A DNA stretch of 64,000 nucleotides from Nitrospiria bacterium (lineage in GTDB: Bacteria > Nitrospirota > UBA9217). The first letter of the stretch is position 1. Every line of letters starts with the position of its first letter. The notes beneath the pieces are model-generated. The model searched no databases. It worked only from the letters and a program-made list of their open reading frames with translations, and was not told where the DNA came from. Both the position numbers and the translations under genes were made by a program. Of this stretch, positions 54,323 to 63,766 are shown piece after piece. The stretch is from contig CAKKPG010000055.1 of NCBI GenBank assembly GCA_919901555.1, positions 278 to 64,277 of the forward strand. The letters are read 5' to 3'.

Positions 54323-55024
54323 TCAGCTGAAAATAAAAAAAAGCAGCGCCGTGATGCCTGCCCCGAGCATTGCCCCACCGATCACTTCGCCGGGCCGGTG
54401 AATGCCCGAAGACCATCTGTTCCAGCTCACCATGGCGGCGAGGATAAACGTCAGCACCGCAACGGGCGCCGAATACGTCAGAAAGAGCGCGGCGGCCCAG
54501 ATGGAGAACGAGACCGCGGCATGGCCGCTCGGCATCCCTCCCCGGAGGGGCTCGCCCTTACCCAGGAACGCCTTGATGATGATCACGACAATGACCACCA
54601 CGGCGAGAGCAACGAAGGCCACCACATCATTGGGAGCTTTCGCGACGCGCCATAACCCGCGGGCAAAAGACCTCTTGAGCGCGGGATAGAGTATCAAATA
54701 TGCCAGGGTCAACGCGCCGGTGGACGCGACGAGCACCACCCCGGCGGCGATGTCCTTTGCGATCTTGGCGCGGGGATGATAGGTTTCGGAGATCATGTCA
54801 ATGGTGACCTCGATGGCGGTGTTGAGCATTTCCGACACGAGGACGATGACGATGGCCATGCAGAGGAGGATGAACTCGATCCGGGAAATATTCAGAAAGA
54901 GGCTCAGGATGAGCACGGCGGCGGCGGCAAACAGGTGGTACCGCATGTGCCGCTGGGTCTTGACGGAATAGATGATCCCCTCGATTGCCAGGTTGGCACT
55001 CTGGACCCAGGATGTCGGTTTCAT
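54323..55024 (-). CDS. Fusion protein: DgkA-type lipid kinase (N-terminal) plus PAP2 phosphatase (C-terminal)
   Basis: N-terminal ANLAIEGIIY..K..R....H.......SEMLNTAIE...D (DgkA). C-terminal PSGHA and NRWSSGIHRPGEV (PAP2 motifs 2 and 3). Confidence 0.75.
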   Translation of the reverse strand: MKPTSWVQSANLAIEGIIYSVKTQRHMRYHLFAAAAVLILSLFLNISRIEFILLCMAIVIVLVSEMLNTAIEVTIDMISETYHPRAKIAKDIAAGVVLVASTGALTLAYLILYPALKRSFARGLWRVAKAPNDVVAFVALAVVVIVVIIIKAFLGKGEPLRGGMPSGHAAVSFSIWAAALFLTYSAPVAVLTFILAAMVSWNRWSSGIHRPGEVIGGAMLGAGITALLFFIFS

Positions 55025-55458
55025 GCAGCGAGCCTCCTGAGCAGGGCCGCCTCTTTTTTTCTCATGACTGCCGCGTCTTTTCCGCCTCGCTCGTGGTCGT
55101 ACCCCAGGAGATGGAGCAGGCCGTGTATCAGGAGAAGGTCGATTTCTCGGGCAAGCGGGCGCCCGGCCGCCGCCGCCCGGCGCGCTGCAACGGGGATACT
55201 GATGACAATGTCGCCTAAAACATCGGGTCGGATAGAGGCGAACTCTCCCTCTCGCAGGGAGAAGGAGAGAACATCCGTAGGCCTGTCGATCCCCCGGTAG
55301 CGGCGGTTGAGCGTGCGCATGGCGCGGTCCCCGACAAAGAGGACGCTCAGCTGGGCGTTATGAAGACCGAGGTTCCGTAACAGCATCCTGAGATTTGCCT
55401 TTATCCTTCCCGTTGCCGGTCTTTGCTTCCTCAGGTTGTTTTTTATCCAGATAGTCAC
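55021..55458 (-). CDS. ybeY: Endoribonuclease YbeY
   Basis: PTDVLSF and HGLLHLLGYDH. Confidence 0.9.
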   Translation of the reverse strand: MTIWIKNNLRKQRPATGRIKANLRMLLRNLGLHNAQLSVLFVGDRAMRTLNRRYRGIDRPTDVLSFSLREGEFASIRPDVLGDIVISIPVAARRAAAAGRPLAREIDLLLIHGLLHLLGYDHERGGKDAAVMRKKEAALLRRLAA

Positions 55459-57151
55459 TGCGTTTTTTCTCTCCGGCGAGATCCATGCCCGGGTAGTGAA
55501 TCCTGTGGTGAAAGATGCCGTTCAGGATGAGGTTGAAACTCTTTGCGATCTCCCGCAGGTTCCTGAGAGTTAGATCACACTTGCTGAACTGGTCGTCGAG
55601 AAAGATACGGGTAATGACGCTGTTCGTAAGGGCCTGGATCCTCTGGGGTGTCGGGTCTTCGAGGGTCCGTGACGCCGCTTCGACGGCATCGGCCAGCATC
55701 ACGATGGCCGCGACTTTTGTTCTCGGGCGAGGCCCGGGGTACCGGTAATCCTCCTCGGAGATCTTCGTAAACGGGTAGAGGTCTTTCGCCTTCTGGTAAA
55801 AGTAGGTGATGAGCGACGTCCCGTGGTGCTGCTGGATAATGTCGATCACGGTGCCGGGGAGCTTGTGCTCGCGGGCGACTTCCACCCCGTCCTTGACATG
55901 AGACGCGATGATGAGGCTGCTCATGGACGGCGTGAGCCGGTCGTGCTTGTTCTCCGAGGGCCGCTGGTTCTCTATGAAGTATTCCGGTTTCCGGATTTTT
56001 CCGATGTCATGATAGTACGCCCCGACCCGCGCCAGGAGCGGGTTCTCTCCGATTGCCTCGGCCGCGGCCTCGGCAAGGTTTCCGATGAGGATGCTGTGAT
56101 GATAGGTGCCGGGGCTCTTGTAGACGAGTTCCTTGAGCAGCGGCTGATTGGGGTCCATGAGTTCGAGAAGTTTGATGTCCGTGGCAATATCGAACATGGC
56201 CTCGTAGAACGGGAGCAGAAGCGACACGAGCATGGAGACCATGAAGGCGCCGAACAGTCCTGCCCCGAGGTCATAGAGGCCGTGGGACATCCACTCGCCC
56301 TTGTAGAGGTCGATGCTCGCGATTGCGATCAGGTTGAACAGCCCCGTGAGGGCCCCTGCCCTGAGAACGGCGGTCCTTTTTTTGCACTGGATCACGCAGA
56401 GCGCCGCAACGGTGCTGCCCACGAAATAATAGATGGGCATAAAGGGGTCTCCCCGGAACAGGACGCCGAGGAGAATGCTGATGATGAAGGAGAACCCCAG
56501 GGCAAGGTGCAGGTCGAACAGGAGCGTCACCAGCATGGCGCCGCCGGCAACGGGGAGGGCAAACCCCACGGTGGAGGCATCTACTCCCAGGGGGTCGCCG
56601 ATGAGCGAAAAAACGTATTTTGTGAACTGCGAGACGATGACGGTGACCAGGAGCAGGAATGCCAGGAGAAAGAGCTTTCGCGTATCGGTGATGATCTGGG
56701 GCCGGTATCTCTTTATATGCTGATAGAACAGAAAGAACAGGATCAGGATGAGGGTGGTCAGTCCGAGGAACGCATGGGACTTGGTGCCGATCCCCTCGCG
56801 GCGCGCAATTTCCGCAAGGATCCTCGCTGACTTCTCCGAGACCCTCCGGCCCGCCTCAACAATGACGTCGCCCTTGTTGACCTTGTAGGCGATGATCGTC
56901 TGCTCGGGCGTCTGGTATTCAATATAAAGGGTATAGGGCGCGCTGATATCTTTGGTCACGATGTCGCCCTTTTGGAGCAGCGGGATTCGCGGCAGCACGA
57001 CAAAGGCGAGGAGCATCGCTGTTACCAGGGCGAGCCCCATATTATAGAACTTCGTGTATGAGGAGACCTCTTCGGGCAACTCGTCCTTATCAAGGTCCTG
57101 AAACTGCGATTTCGGCAGGAGCTTAATGCTCGTTTCGTTCCTGTTGTTCAT
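55358..57151 (-). CDS. 7TM-HD membrane phosphohydrolase (PgpH/YqfF-like HDIG protein)
   Basis: Multiple TM segments, then YHHSILIGNLAE...YYHDIGK...ASHV.DG (HD domain). Confidence 0.85.
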   Translation of the reverse strand: MNNRNETSIKLLPKSQFQDLDKDELPEEVSSYTKFYNMGLALVTAMLLAFVVLPRIPLLQKGDIVTKDISAPYTLYIEYQTPEQTIIAYKVNKGDVIVEAGRRVSEKSARILAEIARREGIGTKSHAFLGLTTLILILFFLFYQHIKRYRPQIITDTRKLFLLAFLLLVTVIVSQFTKYVFSLIGDPLGVDASTVGFALPVAGGAMLVTLLFDLHLALGFSFIISILLGVLFRGDPFMPIYYFVGSTVAALCVIQCKKRTAVLRAGALTGLFNLIAIASIDLYKGEWMSHGLYDLGAGLFGAFMVSMLVSLLLPFYEAMFDIATDIKLLELMDPNQPLLKELVYKSPGTYHHSILIGNLAEAAAEAIGENPLLARVGAYYHDIGKIRKPEYFIENQRPSENKHDRLTPSMSSLIIASHVKDGVEVAREHKLPGTVIDIIQQHHGTSLITYFYQKAKDLYPFTKISEEDYRYPGPRPRTKVAAIVMLADAVEAASRTLEDPTPQRIQALTNSVITRIFLDDQFSKCDLTLRNLREIAKSFNLILNGIFHHRIHYPGMDLAGEKKRSDYLDKKQPEEAKTGNGKDKGKSQDAVTEPRSS

Positions 57152-58109
57152 CCGATGCCTCGTATTTCTCGTACGCCTTGATGATCTGCTGAACCAGCTT
57201 GTGGCGCACTACATCCCGGTTCGTGAAATACATGAACCGGATGCCCTCGATGCCTTCGAGAATTTTTTGAACTTCGATGAGCCCGGAACTCCTCCCGCTC
57301 GGGAGGTCGATCTGGGTGATGTCTCCCGTCACGACCGTCTTGGAGTTGAACCCCAGGCGGGTGAGGAACATCTTCATTTGTTCCGACGTGGTGTTCTGGG
57401 CCTCGTCCAAAATGATGAACGAATCATTCAACGTGCGTCCTCGCATGAACGCGAGGGGCGCGATCTCGATGTCCCCCCGTTCCACGAGCTTGTTCGCCTT
57501 TTCGGTCTCGATCATGTCGTAGAGGGCGTCGTAGAGAGGCCGCAGATAGGGATGTACCTTTTCGTACATGTCTCCCGGCAGGAACCCGAGCTTCTCTCCT
57601 GCCTCCACGGCGGGCCGCACAAGGATAATGCGGCTTACCTCGCGGCGGAGCAGGGCCGAGACCGCCGTGGCCATCGCGAGGTACGTCTTTCCCGTGCCCG
57701 CAGGACCGATGCCGAACACGATGTCGTGCTCCTTGATGGCCTCGACGTACTTGCGCTGGGCCTCGTTTTTCGGCACAACAGCGCGCTTCCTGGTGGAAAC
57801 CGGGATTTCTCCCTGAAAGATATCCTTCAAGGTCGACGACGGATTGGACGTATAGGCATGAATGGCTGAAACCACCTCGTCTTTGTGCGTAATAATTCCC
57901 TCCGCCAGCATGTCATCGAGCTGCTTGAGCAGGCGTTCGACACCGGCGACGTCCCTCTCCTCCCCTTCGATCTGTACCCTGTTTCCCCTGGCATTTAAGA
58001 CGACGCCGGAGGACTTTTCTATCAGCCTCAGGTGCTTGTCCAGGTCTCCGAAGAGAATGGGGAGCGCTTCTTCATGAACGATTGTTATGCTTACTGCCGT
58101 AGTCTTCAT
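57123..58109 (-). CDS. phoH: PhoH-family ATPase
   Basis: GPAGTGKTYLA and ILDEAQN. Confidence 0.9.
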   Translation of the reverse strand: MKTTAVSITIVHEEALPILFGDLDKHLRLIEKSSGVVLNARGNRVQIEGEERDVAGVERLLKQLDDMLAEGIITHKDEVVSAIHAYTSNPSSTLKDIFQGEIPVSTRKRAVVPKNEAQRKYVEAIKEHDIVFGIGPAGTGKTYLAMATAVSALLRREVSRIILVRPAVEAGEKLGFLPGDMYEKVHPYLRPLYDALYDMIETEKANKLVERGDIEIAPLAFMRGRTLNDSFIILDEAQNTTSEQMKMFLTRLGFNSKTVVTGDITQIDLPSGRSSGLIEVQKILEGIEGIRFMYFTNRDVVRHKLVQQIIKAYEKYEASDEQQERNEH

Positions 58110-58166
58110 TCCTTCCCAAGAGGGCCGGCGTTATCATAGGACGCATAATGCTCTATGTATGGAAAT

Positions 58167-58195
58167 ATACTAGCATTTTAAAAATTTAAAGTCAA
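58167..58195 (-). promoter_or_regulatory. Sigma70-type promoter of the phoH-pgpH-ybeY-dgkA operon
   Basis: On the minus strand: TTGACT (58195-58190), a 17-nt spacer, then TAGTAT (58172-58167). Confidence 0.5.
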
Positions 58196-58322
58196 CAGAC
58201 ATGCGGGTATGATGGTGAAGGTGAAAAAGAAGGGTGTGGGGTCACGAAGGCGGAGGCTGCCGTGTAAGGGCGTGGGAAATCGTATGCCCGCTTCGTAAGG
58301 CCGTACCTTCGCTCTGCCTGAT

Positions 58323-58853
58323 CTAGAAATCTATTCCTTTTCGCGCCGGCACACCTCGCTCGAAAGGGTGTTTTACGTCGCTTATCTCGCTCACCAGGTC
58401 AGCGAGGGCGATCAGATCGGGATGGGCATCGCGGCCCGTGAGGACCACATGGAGTTTCGGCTGCTTGCTCCTGACGAGATTCAGGACGTCCTCGATGTCC
58501 ACAAGGCCGAGTTTTACCGCATTGTTAATCTCGTCGAGGATCAGGACGTCCCAGTAACCGGAGCGTGCGCGCTGACGCGCCAGGCTGAGGGCGTCCGCCG
58601 CGGCTTTCCTGTGCTCGGACAAGGGGATCGCGCCTTTCTCCCCCGTCACGAACCCCCTGCCCATGGAAATGAACTCAAGCTCGGGCGCAAGCCGCCCTGC
58701 CGCCTGCGCCTCTCCGGTGGGCAAAGGGCTCTTGATAAACTGCACCATGGAGACGTACATCCCGTGGCCGCTGGCGCGAAGCGCCGTCCCCAGGGCGGCG
58801 CTCGTCTTCCCTTTGCCGCTGCCGGTAAAAACTATCACCAGTCCCTGGTCCAT
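58323..58853 (-). CDS. cobO: Cob(I)yrinic acid a,c-diamide adenosyltransferase (CobO/BtuR type)
   Basis: VFTGSGKGKTSAALG, QFIK, ILDE and HP...G..ARKGIDF. Confidence 0.85.
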   Translation of the reverse strand: MDQGLVIVFTGSGKGKTSAALGTALRASGHGMYVSMVQFIKSPLPTGEAQAAGRLAPELEFISMGRGFVTGEKGAIPLSEHRKAAADALSLARQRARSGYWDVLILDEINNAVKLGLVDIEDVLNLVRSKQPKLHVVLTGRDAHPDLIALADLVSEISDVKHPFERGVPARKGIDF

Positions 58854-59431
58854 TATTTGAGCCGCGACTCCACGGCCTTCCAGTTGACGTTGGCGAAAAA
58901 CGCCTCGATATAGTCGGCCCGCTTCAGCTGGTAGTCCGTCATGTATGCGTGCTCAAAAACATCCATGATCAAGACGGGCGTGCAGCCCGCGAGGTGCGCA
59001 ACGTCATGCTCGTTGATCCAGCAGTTATAGAGCCGGTCCCCGGCAGCGTCGTGGTACAGCGCCACCCAGCCGATGCCGCGCATGGCCCCCGTGGCCCTGA
59101 AATCCTTTTCCCACGCGTCGACGCCTCCGAAGTCCTTTTCCAGCTTCTTCGCGAGCCTGCCGGTCTTGTCCAGGGCGTTGCCGCCCTTGAGGTTCTCGAA
59201 GTAAAGCTCGTGGAGCCGCATGCCGTTGAACTCCCACCCGAACCTCCGCTTGAGCTCCGCGAACTCCGGGACGGCGGTCTTTCCGTCCTTCAGCATCTGC
59301 GCCAGCGCGTCCGCTGCCTTGTTGGTGTTGGTCACGTACCCCTGGTACAGGGTAAAGTGGTTCTTGAGAAGCGTCTCGCTGAATCCCTTCATGCCGAGTA
59401 ATGAGCTGTAATCCTTGGCTGCGTAAGACAT
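58853..59431 (-). CDS. Fe/Mn-family superoxide dismutase
   Basis: H..LY..Y...N, LHELYF and DVFEHAYM. AAGGAGG SD. Confidence 0.8.
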   Translation of the reverse strand: MSYAAKDYSSLLGMKGFSETLLKNHFTLYQGYVTNTNKAADALAQMLKDGKTAVPEFAELKRRFGWEFNGMRLHELYFENLKGGNALDKTGRLAKKLEKDFGGVDAWEKDFRATGAMRGIGWVALYHDAAGDRLYNCWINEHDVAHLAGCTPVLIMDVFEHAYMTDYQLKRADYIEAFFANVNWKAVESRLK

Positions 59432-59559
59432 GGTGTCCTCCTTTGTTGTTGACTAAGATAAATGAACAGGGAGCGAAGAAAGGACGAACGGGTGAATCAA
59501 GGGAGGAGAAAGCGGCGGTTCCCCTCTCCCCGTCTCCCCGTCACCGCTTCTCCGATCCA

Positions 59560-60447
59560 TCACGTCATTGCATACTCCCCCGCATGGTACGAGCTTCTCA
59601 CCAGGGGTCCCGCTACCACCTGCCTGAACCCCAGGCCCAACGCTTCGTTTTTCAATTGTGCAAATTCGTCGGGATGATAATATTTTTCAACGGAGAGCGC
59701 CCTTTTATTCGGCTGGAGATACTGGCCCAGCGTCAGGATCTCGCACCCTGTCATCCGGAGGTCATTCATGACGACCCGCACCTCGGACAGGCTTTCGCCC
59801 AGGCCGAGCATAAGCCCTGACTTGGTCACTGCCCCGGAGAGCCTTGCTTGCTTCAGGAGCTCCCTTGACCGCCCGTAGTCCGCCTGAGGCCTGACCCGTG
59901 GATAGAGTGACGGGACGGTCTCCAGGTTATGGTTCAGCACGTCCGGAAAAGCGTCGAGAACGGTGCCGAGGGACTCGAAGGAACCCTGAAGATCAGGGAT
60001 AAGCACCTCCACCCGGCAGCCGGGCGATTTCTCCCGGATAGACCGGATGGTCTCGGCGAATATGCCGGCGCCGCCGTCAGGGAGGTCATCGCGGGTCACG
60101 GAGGTCACGACGGCATAGGACAGGTGCAGTGCGGCAACGGCATCTGCCACGCGGCCCGGCTCGCCGTGATCCGGTCCTGACGGCGCCCCTTGGGGCACGT
60201 TACAGAACCTGCACCCCCTGCTGCAGACATTGCCGAGGATCATGAATGTGGCCGTGCCGGCGTTCCAGCACTCGTTCCGGTTCGGGCAGGCTGCGCTCCG
60301 GCAGACGGTGTGCAGCCCGTTGTCCCTGACAAGGTTCCTGACAGCAGCAAACCGTTCGTTTGTCGTGAGCCGCACCTTGAACCACGGCGGCAACCGTTTG
60401 GGACGTTCTTTCGTCGGCATGATAAAAACAAATGGGTCAATTGCCAC
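59560..60447 (-). CDS. lipA: Lipoyl synthase
   Basis: CPNRNECW and CSRGCRFCNV radical-SAM motifs. Confidence 0.9.
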   Translation of the reverse strand: MAIDPFVFIMPTKERPKRLPPWFKVRLTTNERFAAVRNLVRDNGLHTVCRSAACPNRNECWNAGTATFMILGNVCSRGCRFCNVPQGAPSGPDHGEPGRVADAVAALHLSYAVVTSVTRDDLPDGGAGIFAETIRSIREKSPGCRVEVLIPDLQGSFESLGTVLDAFPDVLNHNLETVPSLYPRVRPQADYGRSRELLKQARLSGAVTKSGLMLGLGESLSEVRVVMNDLRMTGCEILTLGQYLQPNKRALSVEKYYHPDEFAQLKNEALGLGFRQVVAGPLVRSSYHAGEYAMT

Positions 60448-60475
60448 AGATCTATCCCTCAGACTTTTAATTCAG

Positions 60476-62851
60476 TTACTTTTTTTCGTCCAGAGCGCTT
60501 TTGATAACCTGGTCTATCGTGTCCACAAAGATGAAATTCATCTCCTTGCGCAGGTCTTCGGGCACGTCATCGAGGTCGTTCTTGTTCTTTTCAGGAAGGA
60601 TGACCGTCTTGATGCCTGCGCGCCTGGCCGCGAGCACCTTTTCCTTCACCCCGCCGATGGGCATGACCTTGCCGCGAAGCGTAATTTCGCCCGTCATGGC
60701 CAGGTCATGCTTTACGATCTTTCCGGTAAGCAGGGACACAAGCGCCGTGGTCATGGTGACTCCGGCAGACGGTCCGTCCTTGGGGATCGCGCCGGCGGGC
60801 ACATGGATGTGGATGTCCGTCTTGTCGAAAAAGTCTTTGCCGATGCCGAACTTCTCGGCCTGGGAACGGACATAGGAAAGCGCCGCCTGGGCTGATTCTT
60901 TCATCACGTCGCCGAGTTGGCCCGTCAGCGTGAGCTGCTTGTTCCCCGGCATCATCGTGGCCTCGACGAAGAGAATGTCGCCGCCCACCGGCGTCCAGGC
61001 CAGGCCGGTCACCACGCCCGGGCGGTCGATCATCACGGCCGTTTCCGCGAAGAACCTCGGCTTCCCGAGATAGTCATGGAGGTTCTCCGCCGTGACGGTA
61101 ATGGGCGTAGGCTTTCCCTCGGCAACGGCCTTCGCCGTCTTGCGGCAGACGTTGGCGATCTCCCGCTCCAGGTTCCGCACTCCCGCCTCACGGGTGTAAT
61201 CCTTGATGACGGCCGTGACGGCGTCGTCCTGCAGGACGAGCTCCTCGGGTTTGAGCGCGTTCGCCCCTATCTCCTTCGGAATGAGATACTTTTTGGCGAT
61301 GTTCAGTTTCTCGAACTCCGTATAGCCCGGGAGCCGGAGCAGTTCCATGCGGTCCAGGAGCGGCGGCGGTATGGTCTCGAGCTGGTTCGCCGTGGTAATG
61401 AACATGACCTTCGTGAGGTCGAAGGCAACGTCCAGGTAATTGTCGCGGAAGTCCTTGTTCTGTTCCGGGTCGAGCACCTCCAGGAGGGCCGAGGAGGGGT
61501 CTCCGCGCCAGTCGGCGCCGATCTTGTCCACTTCGTCGAGCATGATCACGGGGTCTTTGGCCTCCACGCGCTTGATCGTCTGGATGATGCGGCCCGGCAT
61601 GGCGCCGATGTAGGTCCGCCGGTGGCCGCGGATCTCCGCCTCGTCGTGGAGCCCGCCCAGAGACAGGCGGATGAATTTCCGGTCCAGGGCACGCGCAATG
61701 GATTGTCCCAGAGAGGTCTTTCCCACGCCCGGAGGGCCGACGAAGCAGAGGATGGGCTCGCGGATCTTTGTTCCCTCCCGGGCGCCGCGGTCCTCGCCCA
61801 GCTTCTTGACGGAAAGGTATTCCAGGATGCGGTCCTTCACCTTGTCGAGGTCGTAGTGGTCTTCGTCGAGGATGGCCCGGGCCTTCGTGATGTCGATGGG
61901 AGAGGCCGTTGTCGTGTTCCAGGGCAGGCCCGTCATCCACTCGAGGTAGGTCCGAATGACCGAATATTCGGGCGACGATGCCGAGAGCTTCTCCATGCGG
62001 CCGAGCTCCCGCACCGCCTCTTTTTCCGCCTCCGGCGGCATCTTGGCCTTCTCGATCTTCTCCCGGAGGCTCTTGAGCTCGGAGCCCTCGTCGGCCTCCT
62101 CGCCCAGTTCCTTCCGGATGGCCGAAAGCTGCTGACGGAGGAGGTACTCCCGTTCCGCCTTCTGCATCTGGTCCCTGGCCTGTCCCTGGATCTTTCTGCC
62201 CAGTTCCAGCACTTCCACTTCACGGTTCATGACCTGCATGAGGCGGCTGAGCTTCTCCGCCACGGGATCGAGGACGAGGATCTCCTGGCGCTGCTGCAGG
62301 TCCAGCCTGATGTTCGTGGCGATGAGGTATGCGAGCTGGCGCGGCTCATCGATGTTGATGGCGGCTGCCGAGAGCTCTTCCGGCATATTGGGCGTGAGGG
62401 AGACCATCTTTTGGAAGAGCTCTGCCACGCTCCGCATCAGCGCCTCGATCTCCACGGACCGCTCGATCTTGTCGGGCAGCGCCTGCACCCGCGCCCGGAT
62501 ATAGGGCTCGGTCCGGGTAAACTGGGTGATGGCGATGCGCTCGATCCCCTGGACGAGGACCCGCAGCGTACCGTCGGGCACTTTGATCATCTGGAGTATC
62601 CTGGCCATGGTGCCGACGGCATGAATGTCGCCGGTGCCTGCGACCTCCGCATCCATTTTTTTCTGGGCCGTCAGCCCCAGGATCTTGTCTCCCATGGTCA
62701 CGTCGTTGACGAGCTTGATGGACTTCTCCTTGCCGATCACAAGAGGATAGACCGTAAGGGGATAGACAATCGTATCCTTGAGCGGGAGCAGCGGAAGTTC
62801 GTCAGGCACGGGGGGCAGCTTTTCGGTATCTGCTTCTTTTATCTCCTCCAT
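60476..62851 (-). CDS. lon: ATP-dependent Lon protease
   Basis: LPLLPLKD N-domain, GPPGVGKTS, and protease DGPSAG plus K. The start was chosen at ATG 62851, 7 nt after AGGAG. A TTG at 62926 is also possible. Confidence 0.9.
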   Translation of the reverse strand: MEEIKEADTEKLPPVPDELPLLPLKDTIVYPLTVYPLVIGKEKSIKLVNDVTMGDKILGLTAQKKMDAEVAGTGDIHAVGTMARILQMIKVPDGTLRVLVQGIERIAITQFTRTEPYIRARVQALPDKIERSVEIEALMRSVAELFQKMVSLTPNMPEELSAAAINIDEPRQLAYLIATNIRLDLQQRQEILVLDPVAEKLSRLMQVMNREVEVLELGRKIQGQARDQMQKAEREYLLRQQLSAIRKELGEEADEGSELKSLREKIEKAKMPPEAEKEAVRELGRMEKLSASSPEYSVIRTYLEWMTGLPWNTTTASPIDITKARAILDEDHYDLDKVKDRILEYLSVKKLGEDRGAREGTKIREPILCFVGPPGVGKTSLGQSIARALDRKFIRLSLGGLHDEAEIRGHRRTYIGAMPGRIIQTIKRVEAKDPVIMLDEVDKIGADWRGDPSSALLEVLDPEQNKDFRDNYLDVAFDLTKVMFITTANQLETIPPPLLDRMELLRLPGYTEFEKLNIAKKYLIPKEIGANALKPEELVLQDDAVTAVIKDYTREAGVRNLEREIANVCRKTAKAVAEGKPTPITVTAENLHDYLGKPRFFAETAVMIDRPGVVTGLAWTPVGGDILFVEATMMPGNKQLTLTGQLGDVMKESAQAALSYVRSQAEKFGIGKDFFDKTDIHIHVPAGAIPKDGPSAGVTMTTALVSLLTGKIVKHDLAMTGEITLRGKVMPIGGVKEKVLAARRAGIKTVILPEKNKNDLDDVPEDLRKEMNFIFVDTIDQVIKSALDEKK

Positions 62852-62922
62852 GGCGTCGCTCCTGAGAGGTTTTTTGAATATTTTTTCGAACAGGTGCTGG
62901 ATTTTCAAGATATATCCTTTGT

Positions 62923-63330
62923 TCAATCCGTTTTTTTAAGGGTAATGGAGAGCAATCCATTTTTGTATTCAGCGGTCACGAGATCATGATCTACGGGCGT
63001 GGGGATGTACACCTCGGACCTGAATTCCCCGTACTTGATGCCCAGTTGATGGCAGGCCGACAGGGCCGCATTCGAGCGCAGGGGCTGCTGCCGCTCTCCC
63101 TCCACGACCAGGAGGTCGCTGAACAGCGTGACCGAGAGGTTCTCCTCGGAAACGCCCGCAAGTTCCATGACCACGACGAGTTCATCGGGCGTTTCATACA
63201 CATCGGTAGGCGGGCGCCATACGGTGACTGAAGGCACGGCCCAGGCGCCGAAGGAATCCCAGATGCTCTGGAAACCCGCATTGGGCGTAATCTTTCGAGT
63301 ATATTTGTAGGCAATGTATCGGTAACGCAA
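62923..63330 (-). CDS. Hsp20/alpha-crystallin small heat-shock protein
   Basis: WRPPTDVYET.DELVV..ELAGV....L.V......L.V.GER....AEYKNGLLSITL.K. TTG start at 63330 after AAGGGGG. The longer ORF to 63633 is low-complexity. Confidence 0.8.
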   Translation of the reverse strand: MRYRYIAYKYTRKITPNAGFQSIWDSFGAWAVPSVTVWRPPTDVYETPDELVVVMELAGVSEENLSVTLFSDLLVVEGERQQPLRSNAALSACHQLGIKYGEFRSEVYIPTPVDHDLVTAEYKNGLLSITLKKTD

Positions 63331-63568
63331 ATCACCGCCCCCTTTCGTGCCGCAGCCGGCCCGGGACACGGCAGGATTTCTGAAATGTAAGAAATAGTAA
63401 CAGGTTATGTAACAGGGTATTGAACGGCGAACCAGACGGCTTCGTACGGATACGTTATCACAGGGACATCGGAATTTCAAGAAGTTTATGGTACGAGATT
63501 CACGGGAGAAAAGAGGCCGGGAGCGCGGACGAAGGGAAAAACGACGGGGCATGGCCGCCCTCGCCGGC

Positions 63569-63715
63569 TTATCCTTCGAAGGACGTAACGAAGGCCTTTC
63601 TCTGCTCCTCGGGGAGCTGCCGGCAAACGGCATCGAGAAGCCGGTTGAGTTCCGGTCGCTTGAGAGGAACGCCCTTTTTGAGGCTGCATATGCCGAAGGC
63701 GCGGTCGAGGACCAT
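63569..63715 (-). CDS. Candidate small ORF (48 aa from the ATG; up to 54 aa from an upstream GTG)
   Basis: MVLDRAFGICSLKKGVPLKRPELNRLLDAVCRQLPEEQRKAFVTSFEG. AAGAGGAG lies upstream. It sits directly downstream of htpX. No family was recognised. Confidence 0.3.
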   Translation of the reverse strand: MVLDRAFGICSLKKGVPLKRPELNRLLDAVCRQLPEEQRKAFVTSFEG

Positions 63716-63766
63716 CGGCGCCACGGGCCCCACGAGCTCCTCTTTACGGGTCTTTTGACTGTGGTT

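Noticed and set aside
58110-58322. Cobalamin riboswitch near cobO. The region 59432-59559 was also checked.
   Set aside because: I could not see a B12-box-like core. The region 58110-58322 lies downstream of cobO and carries the phoH promoter. The stretch 59432-59559 shows only GACGGGGA-type simple repeats and the SOD SD.
63331-63633. N-terminal extension of the hsp20 ORF (236-aa version)
   Set aside because: The extension is R/S/P-rich and low-complexity with no family similarity. An SD (AAGGGGG) plus a TTG at 63330 gives a normal-sized (~135 aa) alpha-crystallin protein.
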